DNA of 64,000 nucleotides, taken from the NCBI GenBank assembly GCA_965205835.1, contig OZ242182.1, positions 2,150,759 to 2,214,758 of the forward strand, given 5' to 3'. This document shows positions 30,602-42,190 of this stretch, one piece after another (position 1 is the first letter of the stretch; the number at the start of each line of letters is the position of its first letter). A program made the translations under genes and the position numbers. The notes below the pieces were generated by a model that searched no databases, was not told the DNA's origin, and saw nothing but the letters and a program-made list of their open reading frames with translations. Origin of the DNA: Nitrospinales bacterium. Lineage in GTDB: Bacteria > Nitrospinota > Nitrospinia > Nitrospinales > VA-1.

Positions 30602-32401
30602 ATGGTTGGTGGGCGGGGAGCCTCCGTTGCAGGGTTATTCATGCTCTTGTTTCTGGCGAGTTGCACGACAATATCCAGAGTCCCGGATTCAACGACTACT
30701 GACTTGTCTTCTTCCTACGCGGTTTTGTCGTTCGAAAAGAAAAAACAACTTTCAAGGAAACTGGATACGCGGGACCCTCGTTCCTATTACCACTACCTGA
30801 TGGCCCTGAAGGCGGAGAAGGGCTATCAGATGGAGCAGGCCGCTTTGCATTACAAGGAAGTTGTCCGGCATGACCCGGAAACAGAAAGATTTCATGAAAA
30901 ATGGGTTCGCCTGTTGCTTCGTACTGGTCAACTGGATGAGGCCGTTGAGGCCGGTCAAAATGCGCTAGCCCGTTTTCCCGACAACGAGGAAATTTTGATG
31001 GTTCTGGGGGATATTCTAGCCAGTCAGGGAAAGGTGGAAGGGGCCATCACGTATTATGACCATATTGGCCGGGCTAACTCTGGGAATGCCCGGGCTTCGC
31101 TACTGAAGGGGTTCCTGTTGGAGGGATTGGAGCGATTTGACCAGGCTTTTGGAGAGTATAAAAAAGCGGCGTTGATAGAGTCCAAAAATCCTTTGGTGCA
31201 GTTTTATTTGGGTCGGGCCTATTTGCGGGCCAACCAGTTGCCGGAGGCCGAAAAAAGTTTCGAAACGGCGGTTTCCCTGAAGCCCAACTTTATCCACGCC
31301 CGACACCATTTAGGCTGGGCGCTCGAACGCCAAGGCAGAACTGTTGAAGCGTTGAAAGAATATGGGCTATTGTTAAAACTGACACCAGATGACGAGCATA
31401 TTAAAAACCGGGTTTCACAGCTTCACTCTTCGGGTTCTTTAGGTCAGAATACCTCGCGGGGTTCTCAAGCCATTCCCTCCAGCCTGGCAAAGCAACCCGA
31501 TATCCATATGCGCATCGCAACGATATATTTTGAGCAAACTCTGTATATGAGAGCGTTGGATGAGCTTCAGCTTGTTCTGGCCAAACACGATTACAAAGAC
31601 CCGCATGTTCTCATGGCCCGGATTTATGAAACTCACGGTCGTCTGGACAAAGCCGTTGAGGAGTTTGAAAAACTCAGAAGACTGGAACCGCAATCCATAG
31701 ACCTTCTCCTTTACACGGCTCGGCTCTACAGCTTGATGAAAAAGACACAGAAATCGGTAGCCCTGCTCAATGAGGCCGTTGCAATAGAACCGGAGAACGA
31801 CCAGCTTCATCACTCTCTGGCGCTGGCCTACATGGCCCTCGATAAAAATGAAGAGGCTATTGCAACCATGCGCAAAGCTTTGGCTTTGAACTCTCAAAAA
31901 GATTCTTACTATTTTGAGTTGGGTGCCCTGATGGAAAAGGCCGGGGATTACAAAGGGGCCATTGCGAATATGAGGCAGGCAATTGAGTTGAACCCTCTGC
32001 ATTCCAACGCGCATAATTTTTTGGGGTATATGTACGCGCTGGAAGGACGCGACCTTGACCAAGCCCTAGAGCATTTGAAAAAGGCCCTGACCCTCCAGCC
32101 CCGCAACGGCTATTTCCTGGACAGCTTGGGTTGGATTTATTTCAAAAAAGGCGAATTGGAAAAAGCTTTAACGCAAATTCAGAAGGCCTTGATCTACACC
32201 GAGCCGGACCCGGTTCTTTATGACCATCTTGGGGATATTCTGTTCTCTCTGGAAAATTACGCCGAAGCCAATGGGGCGTGGAAAAACAGCCTGTTCCTCA
32301 CTGTGAACCCAAAAGACGACTTGGGTGGAGAAGCACCGGACCCGCAAGTGCTTAAGAATAAAATCAACAAAGCGAAAAGTCTTTTGCAACAGAGCTATTA
32401 A
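30602..32401 (+). CDS. TPR-repeat lipoprotein
   Basis: Lipobox LASC, many TPRs, NFLGY..A / YFLDSLGWIYFK C-terminus typical of the TPR gene upstream of lolB-ispE; start uncertain (ORF is open from 30278). Confidence 0.85.
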   Translation: MVGGRGASVAGLFMLLFLASCTTISRVPDSTTTDLSSSYAVLSFEKKKQLSRKLDTRDPRSYYHYLMALKAEKGYQMEQAALHYKEVVRHDPETERFHEKWVRLLLRTGQLDEAVEAGQNALARFPDNEEILMVLGDILASQGKVEGAITYYDHIGRANSGNARASLLKGFLLEGLERFDQAFGEYKKAALIESKNPLVQFYLGRAYLRANQLPEAEKSFETAVSLKPNFIHARHHLGWALERQGRTVEALKEYGLLLKLTPDDEHIKNRVSQLHSSGSLGQNTSRGSQAIPSSLAKQPDIHMRIATIYFEQTLYMRALDELQLVLAKHDYKDPHVLMARIYETHGRLDKAVEEFEKLRRLEPQSIDLLLYTARLYSLMKKTQKSVALLNEAVAIEPENDQLHHSLALAYMALDKNEEAIATMRKALALNSQKDSYYFELGALMEKAGDYKGAIANMRQAIELNPLHSNAHNFLGYMYALEGRDLDQALEHLKKALTLQPRNGYFLDSLGWIYFKKGELEKALTQIQKALIYTEPDPVLYDHLGDILFSLENYAEANGAWKNSLFLTVNPKDDLGGEAPDPQVLKNKINKAKSLLQQSY

Positions 32402-32410
32402 GAATATCCG

Positions 32411-33226
32411 TTGAATTCCTGTCTGTTAATACGTGCGACCAACCTCCATTATTTTTTCAGATTTCTTGTTTTTGTTTTGTTGGCTTGGGGCTGTCAGCCT
32501 CGTGTCGAACCGATCGCTCCGCATTTTTTAAAAGGTTCAATCACTACTGATTACGTTTTAAAAAGGCAGGTAGACCGGTCGGGACAAATTAAAAACCTCA
32601 AATCATTCACCCGTACCAGCTTTTTAGGTCCTAAGCTGAAGCAAAGTTTCCGCCAATCTATGTTGGTTCAGGATAATCGGTCTATCCGAGTGGATACCTA
32701 TAGTTTATTTGGCCAAGCCTTAGGGGTCTTTACCCATCATGAGGGCAAGACGACATTTTTTGATCCGGCAAAAAGCAGGATTTATTCCGGGGCAGAAGTG
32801 GAGTCCTTGATGGAGAGAATGCTGGGGACACAAGTGGACTTTCGCGAGCACCTCAGAATTTTTGTTGGCCATATTCCAAGACTTGAGGCTCTTAGGGTTT
32901 TAGAAGCGCGTTTGAATTCAGATCGGATGCGATACATCCTGCAATTGACCGACATCCTGCGGGGTGGTCGCGTGACTCTGCAATTTTCCGCCACGACTTT
33001 GCTTCCTCTTGCGATGACCCGCTATCTGGAAGGGGGGCGCGTCGTCTATTCGGTTGCATGGCAGGAATACGCTAAAGTGGGGAAGCATGACTTTCCTCAT
33101 CGGGTGACGTTAACATTTCCTGAAAAACAGGAAACGATCAGGGTGAAATATAAAAATCCGATCATCAACAAAGGGTTGCCCGCAGACACGTTCCGACTCC
33201 CCTTATCTTCCTCGAAAAGTCGATGA
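32411..33226 (+). CDS. LolB-like/DUF4292 lipoprotein
   Basis: Lipobox AWGC; beta-rich; occupies the lolB position between the TPR gene and ispE. Confidence 0.6.
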   Translation: MNSCLLIRATNLHYFFRFLVFVLLAWGCQPRVEPIAPHFLKGSITTDYVLKRQVDRSGQIKNLKSFTRTSFLGPKLKQSFRQSMLVQDNRSIRVDTYSLFGQALGVFTHHEGKTTFFDPAKSRIYSGAEVESLMERMLGTQVDFREHLRIFVGHIPRLEALRVLEARLNSDRMRYILQLTDILRGGRVTLQFSATTLLPLAMTRYLEGGRVVYSVAWQEYAKVGKHDFPHRVTLTFPEKQETIRVKYKNPIINKGLPADTFRLPLSSSKSR

Positions 33227-34122
33227 CGGTGTCTGGCATTTCTTTTAAGACCCCGGCAAAAGTGAATCTCGGGCTCCATATCCTTGGCAAACGTGAAGAC
33301 GGTTTTCATGAACTCGAAACCCTGTTTCAAATGGTGAACTGGTGTGACGAGATTAAGTTGGAACGTCTTTCGCGTGGATTGGAGCTGGTCTGTAACCAAC
33401 CGGATATTCCTGCCGATGAAGGCAATCTGGTTATAAAAGCTGCCCGCCTGTTAGAAACGCGCTGTCCTGACTGCTGTAAGGGTGTAAGAATCCACTTAAA
33501 GAAAAACATTCCACATGGGGCTGGGCTGGGGGGAGGCAGTGGCAATGCTGCCGGGGTTTTGCTGGGACTTAACTTTTTGTGGGATTTGAAATTAAAACGG
33601 GGAGACCTGATTCTGCTGGCTTCCGAACTGGGTTCGGATGTGCCTTTTTTTCTGCTTTCTCCCTGCGCCATAGGAAGGGGGCGGGGAGAAATTCTCGAAT
33701 CAGTTAAAAGTTCCATTAAATTTTATGTTTTAATGGTTTGGCCAGGTTTTGCCGTGTCCACGGCAATGGTATACGGAAATCTAAAATTGAATTTGACAAA
33801 GCGGGAAAATAATATTAACATTTTGAAAAATTTTCTCTTGCAGTCGGAGTTTGCCCAATTGGGGGCGGCGTGGTCCAATGATTTGGAACCTGTTGTATTC
33901 CAAGAGCATCCTGGCATTTCTGGAATAAAAAAAGAGATACTTGCTTTGGGAGCAAAAGGAGCACTCCTTTCAGGAAGCGGCTCGACTGTCTTTGGTATTT
34001 TCGACAATCCCGAAACAGCGAAAAGTGCGTATGCCCAGCTGGAGAGAGGGGAATTCAGGCTGTTTTTAGCTGAAAGTGTTGTCGGTTTATCCGAATTATA
34101 TCCTGAGGAAATGTTGCGTTAG
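33223..34122 (+). CDS. ispE: 4-diphosphocytidyl-2-C-methyl-D-erythritol kinase
   Basis: PAKVNLGL, KNIPHGAGLGGGSGNAA, LGSDVPFF, SGSGSTVF. Confidence 0.96.
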   Translation: MTVSGISFKTPAKVNLGLHILGKREDGFHELETLFQMVNWCDEIKLERLSRGLELVCNQPDIPADEGNLVIKAARLLETRCPDCCKGVRIHLKKNIPHGAGLGGGSGNAAGVLLGLNFLWDLKLKRGDLILLASELGSDVPFFLLSPCAIGRGRGEILESVKSSIKFYVLMVWPGFAVSTAMVYGNLKLNLTKRENNINILKNFLLQSEFAQLGAAWSNDLEPVVFQEHPGISGIKKEILALGAKGALLSGSGSTVFGIFDNPETAKSAYAQLERGEFRLFLAESVVGLSELYPEEMLR

Positions 34123-34348
34123 CGGCCACCCTCGCCTTCATGCCCTGCAAGGGGTATGTGGTGATTCTTCATTTCCCTCTTCACGAGTCTGCCTATGTCC
34201 CCTCCATAAGTTTCATGCCCTGTGTGGGGGGATTGGGAGGGGCAGATCAAATTTCTAAGGGTGTGAGTTTTCTTACTTGGAAGTGAGGCAGGGGAGTTGG
34301 GAGAGCAGAGAGCCTCGGCGCGTTGGTGCGGATTAGGTTTTTATACTT

Positions 34349-34424
34349 TGGGGCGTCGTCAAGTGGCTAAGACACAGGATTTTGATTCCTGCATTCGGAG
34401 GTTCGAGTCCTCCCGCCCCAGCCA
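34349..34424 (+). tRNA. tRNA-Gln(TTG)
   Basis: TGGGGCG...CAGGA-TTTTGAT-TCCTG...GGTTCGAGTCC...CGCCCCAGCCA. Confidence 0.96.
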
Positions 34425-34449
34425 GATTTTTACGGGGACTTTTTGGAGA

Positions 34450-35415
34450 ATGAATTCCAGCGATAATGGGCGGTTGCTTGTTTTTTCAGGTAGAGCCAAT
34501 CCGTCTCTGGCGGAGAATATTTGTGAATATCTCAAAGTTTCTTTAGGAAAAACGGTGGTCTGTGATTTCTCCGACAAGGAGATTTATGTGCGGATCGAAG
34601 AGAATGTTCGCGGCGGAGATGTTTTTGTTATTCAGCCGACTTGTTATCCCGGCAATACCAATTTGATGGAATTGCTGATTATGATCGATGCCTTGCGCCG
34701 GTCATCAGCAAAAAGGATCACGTCGGTGATCCCTTATTATGGTTACGCGCGCCAGGATCGCAAATGCGAATCCAGGGTGCCAATCACCTCCAAGTTGGTT
34801 GCCGATTTGCTGGAAACGGCTGGAACGGACCGGATTCTGACTCTCGATCTTCATGCCGGACAGATACAGGGTTTTTTCAATATTCCCGTGGATCACCTGT
34901 TCGCCATGAATGTTCTAATTGACTATATCCGCACACTCGATTTACCAAATTTGATTGTTATTTCACCCGATGCGGGAGGGGTGGAGCGGGCCAGGGCATA
35001 CGCCAAAAGGTTGAATACCTCTTTGGCCATTATCGATAAGCGTAGGGATATCCCGAACGAAGCCAAAGCCATGAATATTATTGGTGACGTGAAGGGCAAG
35101 GTAGCGTTTATTGTAGACGATATGATAGATACTGCGGGAACCCTCATGGAAGCGACCGATGCGTTGCTGGGGGCGGGTGCTAGCGAGGTTCATGCTTGTT
35201 GTTCTCATGCTGTTCTTTCCGGTCCGGCAGGGGAGCGGATCAGTAATTCCCGGATCAAGTCGGTGGTGACGACAAACAGCATTCCCTTAACCAACGGGTT
35301 GGAGAGAAACCCGAAGATCAAGGTGCTCACGGTTGCGCCGTTGTTGGGGGAGGCTATTTTAAGAATTCACGAAGAAACCTCGGTCAGTTCGCTATTCGAT
35401 TCAACCCGAGAATAA
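34450..35415 (+). CDS. prs: Ribose-phosphate pyrophosphokinase
   Basis: [32 protein letters not shown]; start at ATG 34450 after GGAG SD (the ORF-track extension runs through the tRNA). Confidence 0.97.
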   Translation: MNSSDNGRLLVFSGRANPSLAENICEYLKVSLGKTVVCDFSDKEIYVRIEENVRGGDVFVIQPTCYPGNTNLMELLIMIDALRRSSAKRITSVIPYYGYARQDRKCESRVPITSKLVADLLETAGTDRILTLDLHAGQIQGFFNIPVDHLFAMNVLIDYIRTLDLPNLIVISPDAGGVERARAYAKRLNTSLAIIDKRRDIPNEAKAMNIIGDVKGKVAFIVDDMIDTAGTLMEATDALLGAGASEVHACCSHAVLSGPAGERISNSRIKSVVTTNSIPLTNGLERNPKIKVLTVAPLLGEAILRIHEETSVSSLFDSTRE

Positions 35416-35487
35416 AAAATCAGGCTTTGGTGTTGTATATTTTGTGTAGTGCGCTCATAGCTTTTATCTAATGGATGGGAGTATAGA

Positions 35488-36135
35488 ATGTTAGTTTTAG
35501 CGGGAAAATTAAGAGAAGTAACCGGTAAGTCTGCCACACGAAAACTTAGAAACGATGAGACCATGCCCGCGGTTTTGTATGGATTGAAAGACAATCTCAG
35601 CCTGACGGTTAACCCTAGGGAATTGAGAAAGCTCCTTGAAGCAAAGGGTCGCAATGCTTTGATTGAACTCAAAATTGAAGGTGGCTCGAAACGTGACGTG
35701 GTGGTGAAAGAATATCAATCCCACCCTTTAAGGTCCGGTTGGGTGCATGCGGATTTCCTGGAAGTGGACGTTACTAAAAAAATCAAGGTCAAGGTTCCCG
35801 TTGTGCTGGTGGGTAATTCCCCCGGAGAAAAAATGGGTGGGTTGGTCAACCACATCCTTCGCAATATTGAGGTGGAGAGTATTCCCATGAACATCCCTGA
35901 AAAAATTGAGGTGGAGATGGATGGGGTGGAACTCAATGATGTGGTCCATATTTCCGATCTTGTGGCGGGTGAAGGTGTGGAGATTCTCAATGACCCTAAG
36001 GATGCGGTGGTGACGGTCCATGTTGAGAAGGTGAAAGAAGAGACACCTGAAGGCGAGGAAGATGTGGAAGGCGGAATCACTGAAGCCACCGCCGATGCAC
36101 CGGCGGATGTTGCCGGTAAAAAAGAAGACGGTTAA
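35488..36135 (+). CDS. rplY: 50S ribosomal protein L25/Ctc
   Basis: PAVLYG, HADF, VPV.L.G; acidic tail. Confidence 0.95.
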   Translation: MLVLAGKLREVTGKSATRKLRNDETMPAVLYGLKDNLSLTVNPRELRKLLEAKGRNALIELKIEGGSKRDVVVKEYQSHPLRSGWVHADFLEVDVTKKIKVKVPVVLVGNSPGEKMGGLVNHILRNIEVESIPMNIPEKIEVEMDGVELNDVVHISDLVAGEGVEILNDPKDAVVTVHVEKVKEETPEGEEDVEGGITEATADAPADVAGKKEDG

Positions 36136-36142
36136 ATAAACA

Positions 36143-36700
36143 GTGTTCTTGATTTTAGGTCTGGGCAATCCCGGGCCACGCTACGAGTTGACACGGCACA
36201 ACGCGGGTTTTCGGGTGGCGGATAACCTAGCCGATAAATATAACATCCGGCTGGGGTGCCACAAATATTTCTCCTTGTATGGAAAAGGAGAAGTAGATGG
36301 ACTCGAAGTTGTTATAGCGAAACCTATGACCTATATGAATCAAAGCGGAAAAGCGGCCAAGTCGTTGCTTTCCGCTTTTAATCTTTCACCAGAGCGAATG
36401 CTGGTGATTCATGACGACATTGATCTTCCTCTTGGCAAGGTTAAGAAAAAGTTTAAGGGCGGCGATGGCGGACAGCGGGGAATTCGATCAACGATCCAAT
36501 CCATACGGACCGGTGAATTTGCGCGGGTTCGAGTGGGGATCGGCAGGCCTGAAGATAAAGACGATATTGTTGATTATGTGTTGTCCCCATTTGACGAAGA
36601 AGATTCGGGCATGATAAATGAAACTATGGAACAAGCGGTGCAGAAGGTAGAAGCGGCACTCAAAGAACTCATTAAACGATCTAAATCTACGGAGGATTGA
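36143..36700 (+). CDS. pth: Peptidyl-tRNA hydrolase
   Basis: GLGNPG..Y..TRHNAGF, KPMTYMN.SG, HDDIDLP. Confidence 0.95.
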   Translation: MFLILGLGNPGPRYELTRHNAGFRVADNLADKYNIRLGCHKYFSLYGKGEVDGLEVVIAKPMTYMNQSGKAAKSLLSAFNLSPERMLVIHDDIDLPLGKVKKKFKGGDGGQRGIRSTIQSIRTGEFARVRVGIGRPEDKDDIVDYVLSPFDEEDSGMINETMEQAVQKVEAALKELIKRSKSTED

Positions 36701-36705
36701 ACGGA

Positions 36706-38781
36706 ATGTTAACGGAACATAAAGGTGAAATGGTTTTCATCGGGTTTGCCATGATCTTGTATCTGGTGATGGCCGCTTTTGATGTGTCGCAGAAATTTGT
36801 TTATCTGGCGGTCTTATTTGGATTATTCGGGCTTGTCATCGCCTGGAAACTTTTTGAAAGCGTGGATGATGAACCGGCCGGCAATGAAAAAATGACCGAA
36901 ATTGCCGATGCCATCCATGAGGGAGCAATGGTTTTCCTCTCCAGGGAATATAGAATTCTGGGTTATTTCGTGGGAGGAGTGTTCCTTCTACTACTGGTTT
37001 TGATTTCTGTACAGAGTGGTTTGTGGATCGGCCTGTGGACAGCCATTGCTTATGCGGTAGGGGCTGGGTGTTCCATGCTTGCCGGGTTTTTCGGCATGAA
37101 CGCGGCGACCACCTCCGGGGTACGAACTTCTCAGGCCGCTTTAGATGGCGGTCAGGCTAAAGCCCTCAACATCGCTTTCAACGGCGGTGCGGTAATGGGA
37201 CTTTGTGTAGCGAGTTTAGGCTTGATCGGGGTTGGCGGATTGTTCACCCTGTTTGGCCGTGGAGATTCTATCGGAGTCATCAGCGGATTTGCCATGGGTG
37301 CCAGCTCCATTGCGCTGTTTGCGCGTGTGGGTGGAGGCATCTACACCAAGACTGCCGATGTCGGTTCTGATCTTGTCGGTAAGGTGGAAGCGGGAATCCC
37401 GGAAGACGATCCTAGAAACCCGGGGGTTATTGCTGACAACGTCGGAGACTGTGTGGGTGATACTGCAGGTTTGGGAGCGGATATTTTTGAGTCCTATTGC
37501 GGTTCCATGATCGCCGCCATTGCTCTCGGTGCGAGCATGGCGACCATGAAGTTTGAATACATGGCACTACCGGTTCTGGTGGCCATGGTCGGCCTGGTTG
37601 CATCTGTCCTGGGAATCCGGGCCATGAGCGCTTTGGGAAACATGGACCCTTCCGCGGCACTGCGCAATTGTACTTTTATCAGTGCCGGGGCCATGTTGTT
37701 CGCCACCTTTTTTCTGATTAAGGTTATGGGACTGCCTTCTGGCATTTTCGTCGCCTTGTTGTTTGGTTGTCTGGCAGGTATTGGTATTGGCCTTATCACC
37801 GAGCATTACACGGCTGGCAAGCCGGTTGTCCGCATTGCAGAGTCAAGTAACACAGGTGTTGCGACAGTAATGATCACGGGTCTTGCGGTCGCGATGGAAA
37901 GTTGTGTTGTGCCTGTGCTGATTATTGTTTTAGCGATTTTTGTCAGTGCCGAATTTGCGGGTCTTTATGGTGTGGCTCTTGCTGCGGTTGGAATGCTGGC
38001 AACGGTAGGTATCACTATGTCGGTCGATGCTTACGGACCGATTGCGGATAACGCGGGCGGAATCTCTGAAATGGCTGAGCTGGGGGAAGAAACTCGTAAA
38101 ATCACAGATGGGTTGGATCAGGTGGGCAATACCACTGCCGCTATTGGTAAAGGTTTCGCCATCGGTTCTGCGGCTTTGACAGCACTGGCTCTGTTTGCGG
38201 CATTCACCCAGGCGGCAAATATTGATTCGATTGATATTACTAAAACGGCAGTCATCATTGGTGTTTTTCTGGGCGGGGTGATTCCCTTCTATGTTGCCGC
38301 TCTCACCATGACTTCTGTGGGTGATGCGGCCATGAAAATGGTTGAAGAAATCCGTCGCCAGTTCCGCGAGATTCCTGGCCTGATGGAAGGCACGGCAAAG
38401 CCGGATAGTGCCCGTTGTATCGATATTAGTACCCAGGCAGCCCTGAGAGAAATGATTGCTCCAGGTGTGGTGGCTTTCCTCACGCCGATTATTGTTGGTT
38501 CTTTGCTTGGTGCAGAAGCCTTGGGCGGTATGCTGATGGGGGCAACCCTGTCGGGCGTTTTGCTGGCTTTGCTAATGTCCAATGGTGGCGGTGCCTGGGA
38601 TAACGCAAAAAAATATGTGGAAGCAGGTAACCTGGGTGGTAAAGGTTCCCCTGCTCACCACGCTACCGTAGTTGGAGACACGGTTGGGGATCCACTGAAA
38701 GATACATCGGGCCCGGCGATGAACATCCTGATCAAACTGATGTCTATCGTCTCCCTGGTGATAGCGCCGTTTTTCCTCTAA
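36706..38781 (+). CDS. hppA: Membrane-bound pyrophosphatase, K+-dependent type (probably Na+-translocating)
   Basis: [43 protein letters not shown]. Confidence 0.95.
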   Translation: MLTEHKGEMVFIGFAMILYLVMAAFDVSQKFVYLAVLFGLFGLVIAWKLFESVDDEPAGNEKMTEIADAIHEGAMVFLSREYRILGYFVGGVFLLLLVLISVQSGLWIGLWTAIAYAVGAGCSMLAGFFGMNAATTSGVRTSQAALDGGQAKALNIAFNGGAVMGLCVASLGLIGVGGLFTLFGRGDSIGVISGFAMGASSIALFARVGGGIYTKTADVGSDLVGKVEAGIPEDDPRNPGVIADNVGDCVGDTAGLGADIFESYCGSMIAAIALGASMATMKFEYMALPVLVAMVGLVASVLGIRAMSALGNMDPSAALRNCTFISAGAMLFATFFLIKVMGLPSGIFVALLFGCLAGIGIGLITEHYTAGKPVVRIAESSNTGVATVMITGLAVAMESCVVPVLIIVLAIFVSAEFAGLYGVALAAVGMLATVGITMSVDAYGPIADNAGGISEMAELGEETRKITDGLDQVGNTTAAIGKGFAIGSAALTALALFAAFTQAANIDSIDITKTAVIIGVFLGGVIPFYVAALTMTSVGDAAMKMVEEIRRQFREIPGLMEGTAKPDSARCIDISTQAALREMIAPGVVAFLTPIIVGSLLGAEALGGMLMGATLSGVLLALLMSNGGGAWDNAKKYVEAGNLGGKGSPAHHATVVGDTVGDPLKDTSGPAMNILIKLMSIVSLVIAPFFL

Positions 38782-38788
38782 CTGAAAT

Positions 38789-39589
38789 ATGGTTTTAAAG
38801 GGAGCCTGTCCTTTGTTGTTGGGAATTCATGACTTTATAAATTCACAACCCCTGTTGGGGTCTTTGAGGAAACGAGGGTTGGCAATCCGCACCGATTCCC
38901 CGGCGCGGCTGGCCGATCAATTGTCCGGCGGAGAACTGGATATTGCAATGATTCCCTCCATTGAATATTTAAAGCAGGCCGACCGGTTCCGACTCCTTCC
39001 GAACATTTCCATAGCCTCCAGAAACAAGGTGGGAACCGTTTTGCTGATCTCCAGAGTTCCTCTTAACGCTATCCGCTCTTTGGCGCTGGATGACCGGTCA
39101 AGAACCTCTGTTGCGCTGCTTCAGGTACTTTACTCGAAAGTATTTGTGAGCGGAATCAAAATGGAGAGTCAGGAGCCTGGCCCTGAAAAGATGCTCGAAA
39201 ATCATGATGCCGCATTGATCATTGGCGATCAGGCTCTGGGGTTTTCCAGAGAAGGCGTGTCAGTCTGTGACCTCAGCGAAGAGTGGTTCAACCAGACAGG
39301 CAAAACTTTCGTTCACGCCGTGATGGCAGTTCGGGAAGGTATCAAGGTGGAGGATGGAATTATTCAAACCTTGCTGGACGCAAAGCAGGAAGGAATAGAA
39401 AACCTGGATATGACTGCTGAGAATCAGGCAAAGAAAACTGATCATCCTGTGACTTTATTGCGGGATTATCTCAAAAATAAAATTCGTTACGACCTTGGTG
39501 AAGAAGAGACAGAAGGGCTCGTGCATTTTCAGTCCCTTTGCCACGAGGTCGGCCTGATTCCGCAAAAATTTTCCTTAAAGTTTGTTTGA
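38789..39589 (+). CDS. mqnA: Chorismate dehydratase MqnA-like (futalosine pathway)
   Basis: INSQPL, SRTSVALL, LIIGDQAL, DLSEEW...FV.AV. Confidence 0.85.
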   Translation: MVLKGACPLLLGIHDFINSQPLLGSLRKRGLAIRTDSPARLADQLSGGELDIAMIPSIEYLKQADRFRLLPNISIASRNKVGTVLLISRVPLNAIRSLALDDRSRTSVALLQVLYSKVFVSGIKMESQEPGPEKMLENHDAALIIGDQALGFSREGVSVCDLSEEWFNQTGKTFVHAVMAVREGIKVEDGIIQTLLDAKQEGIENLDMTAENQAKKTDHPVTLLRDYLKNKIRYDLGEEETEGLVHFQSLCHEVGLIPQKFSLKFV

Positions 39590-39606
39590 GGATGGGATCC
39601 GAAAAT

Positions 39607-40476
39607 TTAACTCAGCTTTTGTTTTAAATAATCCCAACTCCAATCAAACCCCTCTTTAATCAACTGGCCAAACTTCTGTACGGAAGATTCAATGAAGTCG
39701 AGATAAGCCTGGACAGCTTCGGTGCGTTGTAGTTCGTCTGGCTCTAATAATGACGAAGGTTCTGGAGGAACGATTACTTCAGCCACCACTTCCTCGGCTA
39801 CTTTTTGTTCCATAGTCGGATCGGGTTCTTCGAGGCTTGTGGTTTCCTGCGGTTCTTTCGCCACATCCTCCTCTGAGGAAGGTTCTGGAGGAGCGATCAC
39901 TTCGGCCACCACTTCCTCGGCTACTTTTTGTTCCATAGTCGGATCAGGTTCTCCGAGGCTTGCGGTTTCCTGCGGTTCTTTCGCCACATCCTCCTCTTCA
40001 GGAGTCCGATCAAAATCGTTGCCGGGGAGGCGGACTGGTGATGTGGACGGTGTACCGCTGGGACGTGTTTCCTGTATTCCAAGAGGCGAAATGGCGGCAG
40101 GCTTGGTAATTACAGGCTCGGGAACCTCGGCGGGTTCGGGAATTTCAACATCCATCTCTCCCATAAAGGGTGGTGTTGGGGTGACCAATGCCAGCGGTTT
40201 GGAAGGAGCTGGTTTTTGGAAAACAAAATTTGAAACTTCAGCCGGAATGAGGTTGTTGAAATACAGATAGCCGCCCGAACCTGTCAAAACAAGGATCAGG
40301 AGTAATAAGACTTTCCCTGCCCAGGATTTTTTCTTCTCCTCCGAAGGCAGAAACTTCTGCTCCTCAAACTCCGGGTCGGATTCAGTGGAGTTTTCCGGCA
40401 TCTCTTCCGCATCGGGGAGATGTTCTTCTTCACCCAGAGAGTCTTCCGGTTTTTCCGACTTGGTATTTTCTTGCAT
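39607..40476 (-). CDS. Hypothetical acidic Glu/Pro-rich single-pass membrane protein
   Basis: TM segment VLLLLILVLTGSGGYLYF; low-complexity linker; start uncertain (40476-40530). Confidence 0.7.
   Translation of the reverse strand: MQENTKSEKPEDSLGEEEHLPDAEEMPENSTESDPEFEEQKFLPSEEKKKSWAGKVLLLLILVLTGSGGYLYFNNLIPAEVSNFVFQKPAPSKPLALVTPTPPFMGEMDVEIPEPAEVPEPVITKPAAISPLGIQETRPSGTPSTSPVRLPGNDFDRTPEEEDVAKEPQETASLGEPDPTMEQKVAEEVVAEVIAPPEPSSEEDVAKEPQETTSLEEPDPTMEQKVAEEVVAEVIVPPEPSSLLEPDELQRTEAVQAYLDFIESSVQKFGQLIKEGFDWSWDYLKQKLS
39751..39996 (-). repeat. Tandem duplication, 2 x 123 bp (41 aa)
   Basis: EEDVAKEPQET(A/T)SL(G/E)EPDPTMEQKVAEEVVAEVI(A/V)PPEPSS occurs twice. Confidence 0.93.
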
Positions 40477-40586
40477 AAGACCATTTGCCGTGGTGGGGGC
40501 AGCTGGAAAATCCTTCATCCAGAAGCGCAAAGACTATGATGGTTCGTTCCACAACATTCTGACCATTTCCCAGCGGCGGTGCGCCG

Positions 40587-41465
40587 CTAGTGGATGATTT
40601 TGTTTAAGGGGTATTCTACGATATCTTCGGCGCCGGCGTCTTTAAGGTCAGGAACAATATCCCGCACCAGTTTTTCTTCTAGAATGACATTCACGGCAAC
40701 CCAGTTTTTATCGCTGAGTTCGGAGATGGTGGGTTTTTTCCCCGATGGAAAAATTTTAATAATGATGTCAAGATTATCTTTCGGGGCGTTCAGCATCATC
40801 CCTACCCGGCCATTCGCTACCATGGCTCCCTGCAACATCAAAACAAGGCGATCCACTTTATTTCTTTTCCACTTGTCCTGGCTTGCTTGCTTGTTCATGA
40901 TAAAGCGGGTTGTCGATTCCATCAAGGTGTCCACAATGCGCAGGTTGTTAGCTCTCAAAGAAGACCCGGTTTCGGTAACTTCAACAATGGCATCCACCAG
41001 TTTAGGAGCTTTAACTTCTGTCGCCCCCCAAGAAAACTCAACGTTCGCGGTCACTCCCTTGTCTTTCAGCCAGTCGGTGGTCAGGTTCACCACTTCGGTG
41101 GCGATGCGTTTGCCCTGAAGGTCTTGAACGGACTGGATGGCAGAATCGTTGGGGACGCACAGCACCCAGCGTACTGGCCGGGCGGAGACCTTTGAATAAA
41201 CCAGAGGTGCGATCTCTTCAACATCGGCGCGATTCTCAAGAATCCAGTCTTTGCCCGTCAGACCGGCATCGAGCACACCATCTGCCACATAACGGGCTAT
41301 TTCCTGGGCACGGATCAGCATGCATTCGATCTCGCCATCATCGATGCTGGGAAAATAGGACCGACTTCTAATGGTGATGTTATAACCCGCGCGCGCGAAA
41401 AGTTTAACGGTTGCCTCTTCCAAGCTTCCTTTAGGAATTCCTAACTTCAATACATTACCACTCAT
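40587..41465 (-). CDS. hisG: ATP phosphoribosyltransferase (long form)
   Basis: [27 protein letters not shown]; C-terminal regulatory domain. Confidence 0.95.
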   Translation of the reverse strand: MSGNVLKLGIPKGSLEEATVKLFARAGYNITIRSRSYFPSIDDGEIECMLIRAQEIARYVADGVLDAGLTGKDWILENRADVEEIAPLVYSKVSARPVRWVLCVPNDSAIQSVQDLQGKRIATEVVNLTTDWLKDKGVTANVEFSWGATEVKAPKLVDAIVEVTETGSSLRANNLRIVDTLMESTTRFIMNKQASQDKWKRNKVDRLVLMLQGAMVANGRVGMMLNAPKDNLDIIIKIFPSGKKPTISELSDKNWVAVNVILEEKLVRDIVPDLKDAGAEDIVEYPLNKIIH

Positions 41466-41506
41466 GGATTGGCTTCTTTCTTGAGAAAAATTATTTAAAG
41501 AGGCGG

Positions 41507-41878
41507 TTATTTTTTATAAACTTTTTCCGGATCAAAAACTTTTTCTTCGATGACTTTCACGTCGCCGTTGACTTTTCTGAAAAAACAACTGTTGTAACCC
41601 TTGTGGCAGGCGGCCTTGCCGACCTGCTCGACCTTCAGCAGAACTGTGTCGTCATCGCAGTCGACAAAAACTTCCTTAACGATCTGCACGTTACCGCTTT
41701 CTTCACCTTTCATCCATTGTTTGTCGCGCGAACGACTGTAAAACCAGGCTTTTCCGGTTTCCAGGGTTTTCTCCCATGCAATGGTGTTCATGTATGCGAG
41801 CATCAGAACCTTGCCGGTTTCCGCATCCTGAATGATGGCCGGAACTAAACCGCCCATCTTGTCAAAATCCAATTTCAT
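41507..41878 (-). CDS. hisI: Phosphoribosyl-AMP cyclohydrolase
   Basis: YSRSR..W.KGEESGN, DCDDD, ACH.G..SCF. Confidence 0.95.
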   Translation of the reverse strand: MKLDFDKMGGLVPAIIQDAETGKVLMLAYMNTIAWEKTLETGKAWFYSRSRDKQWMKGEESGNVQIVKEVFVDCDDDTVLLKVEQVGKAACHKGYNSCFFRKVNGDVKVIEEKVFDPEKVYKK

Positions 41879-42190
41879 AAAACTTCTCCAATACATGATA
41901 ACGCGGTGAAAACGCGCTTAAATTTGAGACTAATTAGAGGCCAGAATCTAAAACCCTGAAACCTCTCTAGCATGGAGGAGGACTAAAATGACACATTCAT
42001 TTTATCGGGTAAAAGTTCCAGCAAATACTGGCTCAAGGAAGCCTGAGAATTTAAAATATAATTGATTTTATGTCAACCTTATAATAGCCTGTTTGAAGCC
42101 GAATTAATTGTTTTTTTTGTTTGTTTTGCGACATCTCCCTGTTGAATTTATGGGAAGTTAAACGATTTGATCCTATTTGAAAGAGGTCTT

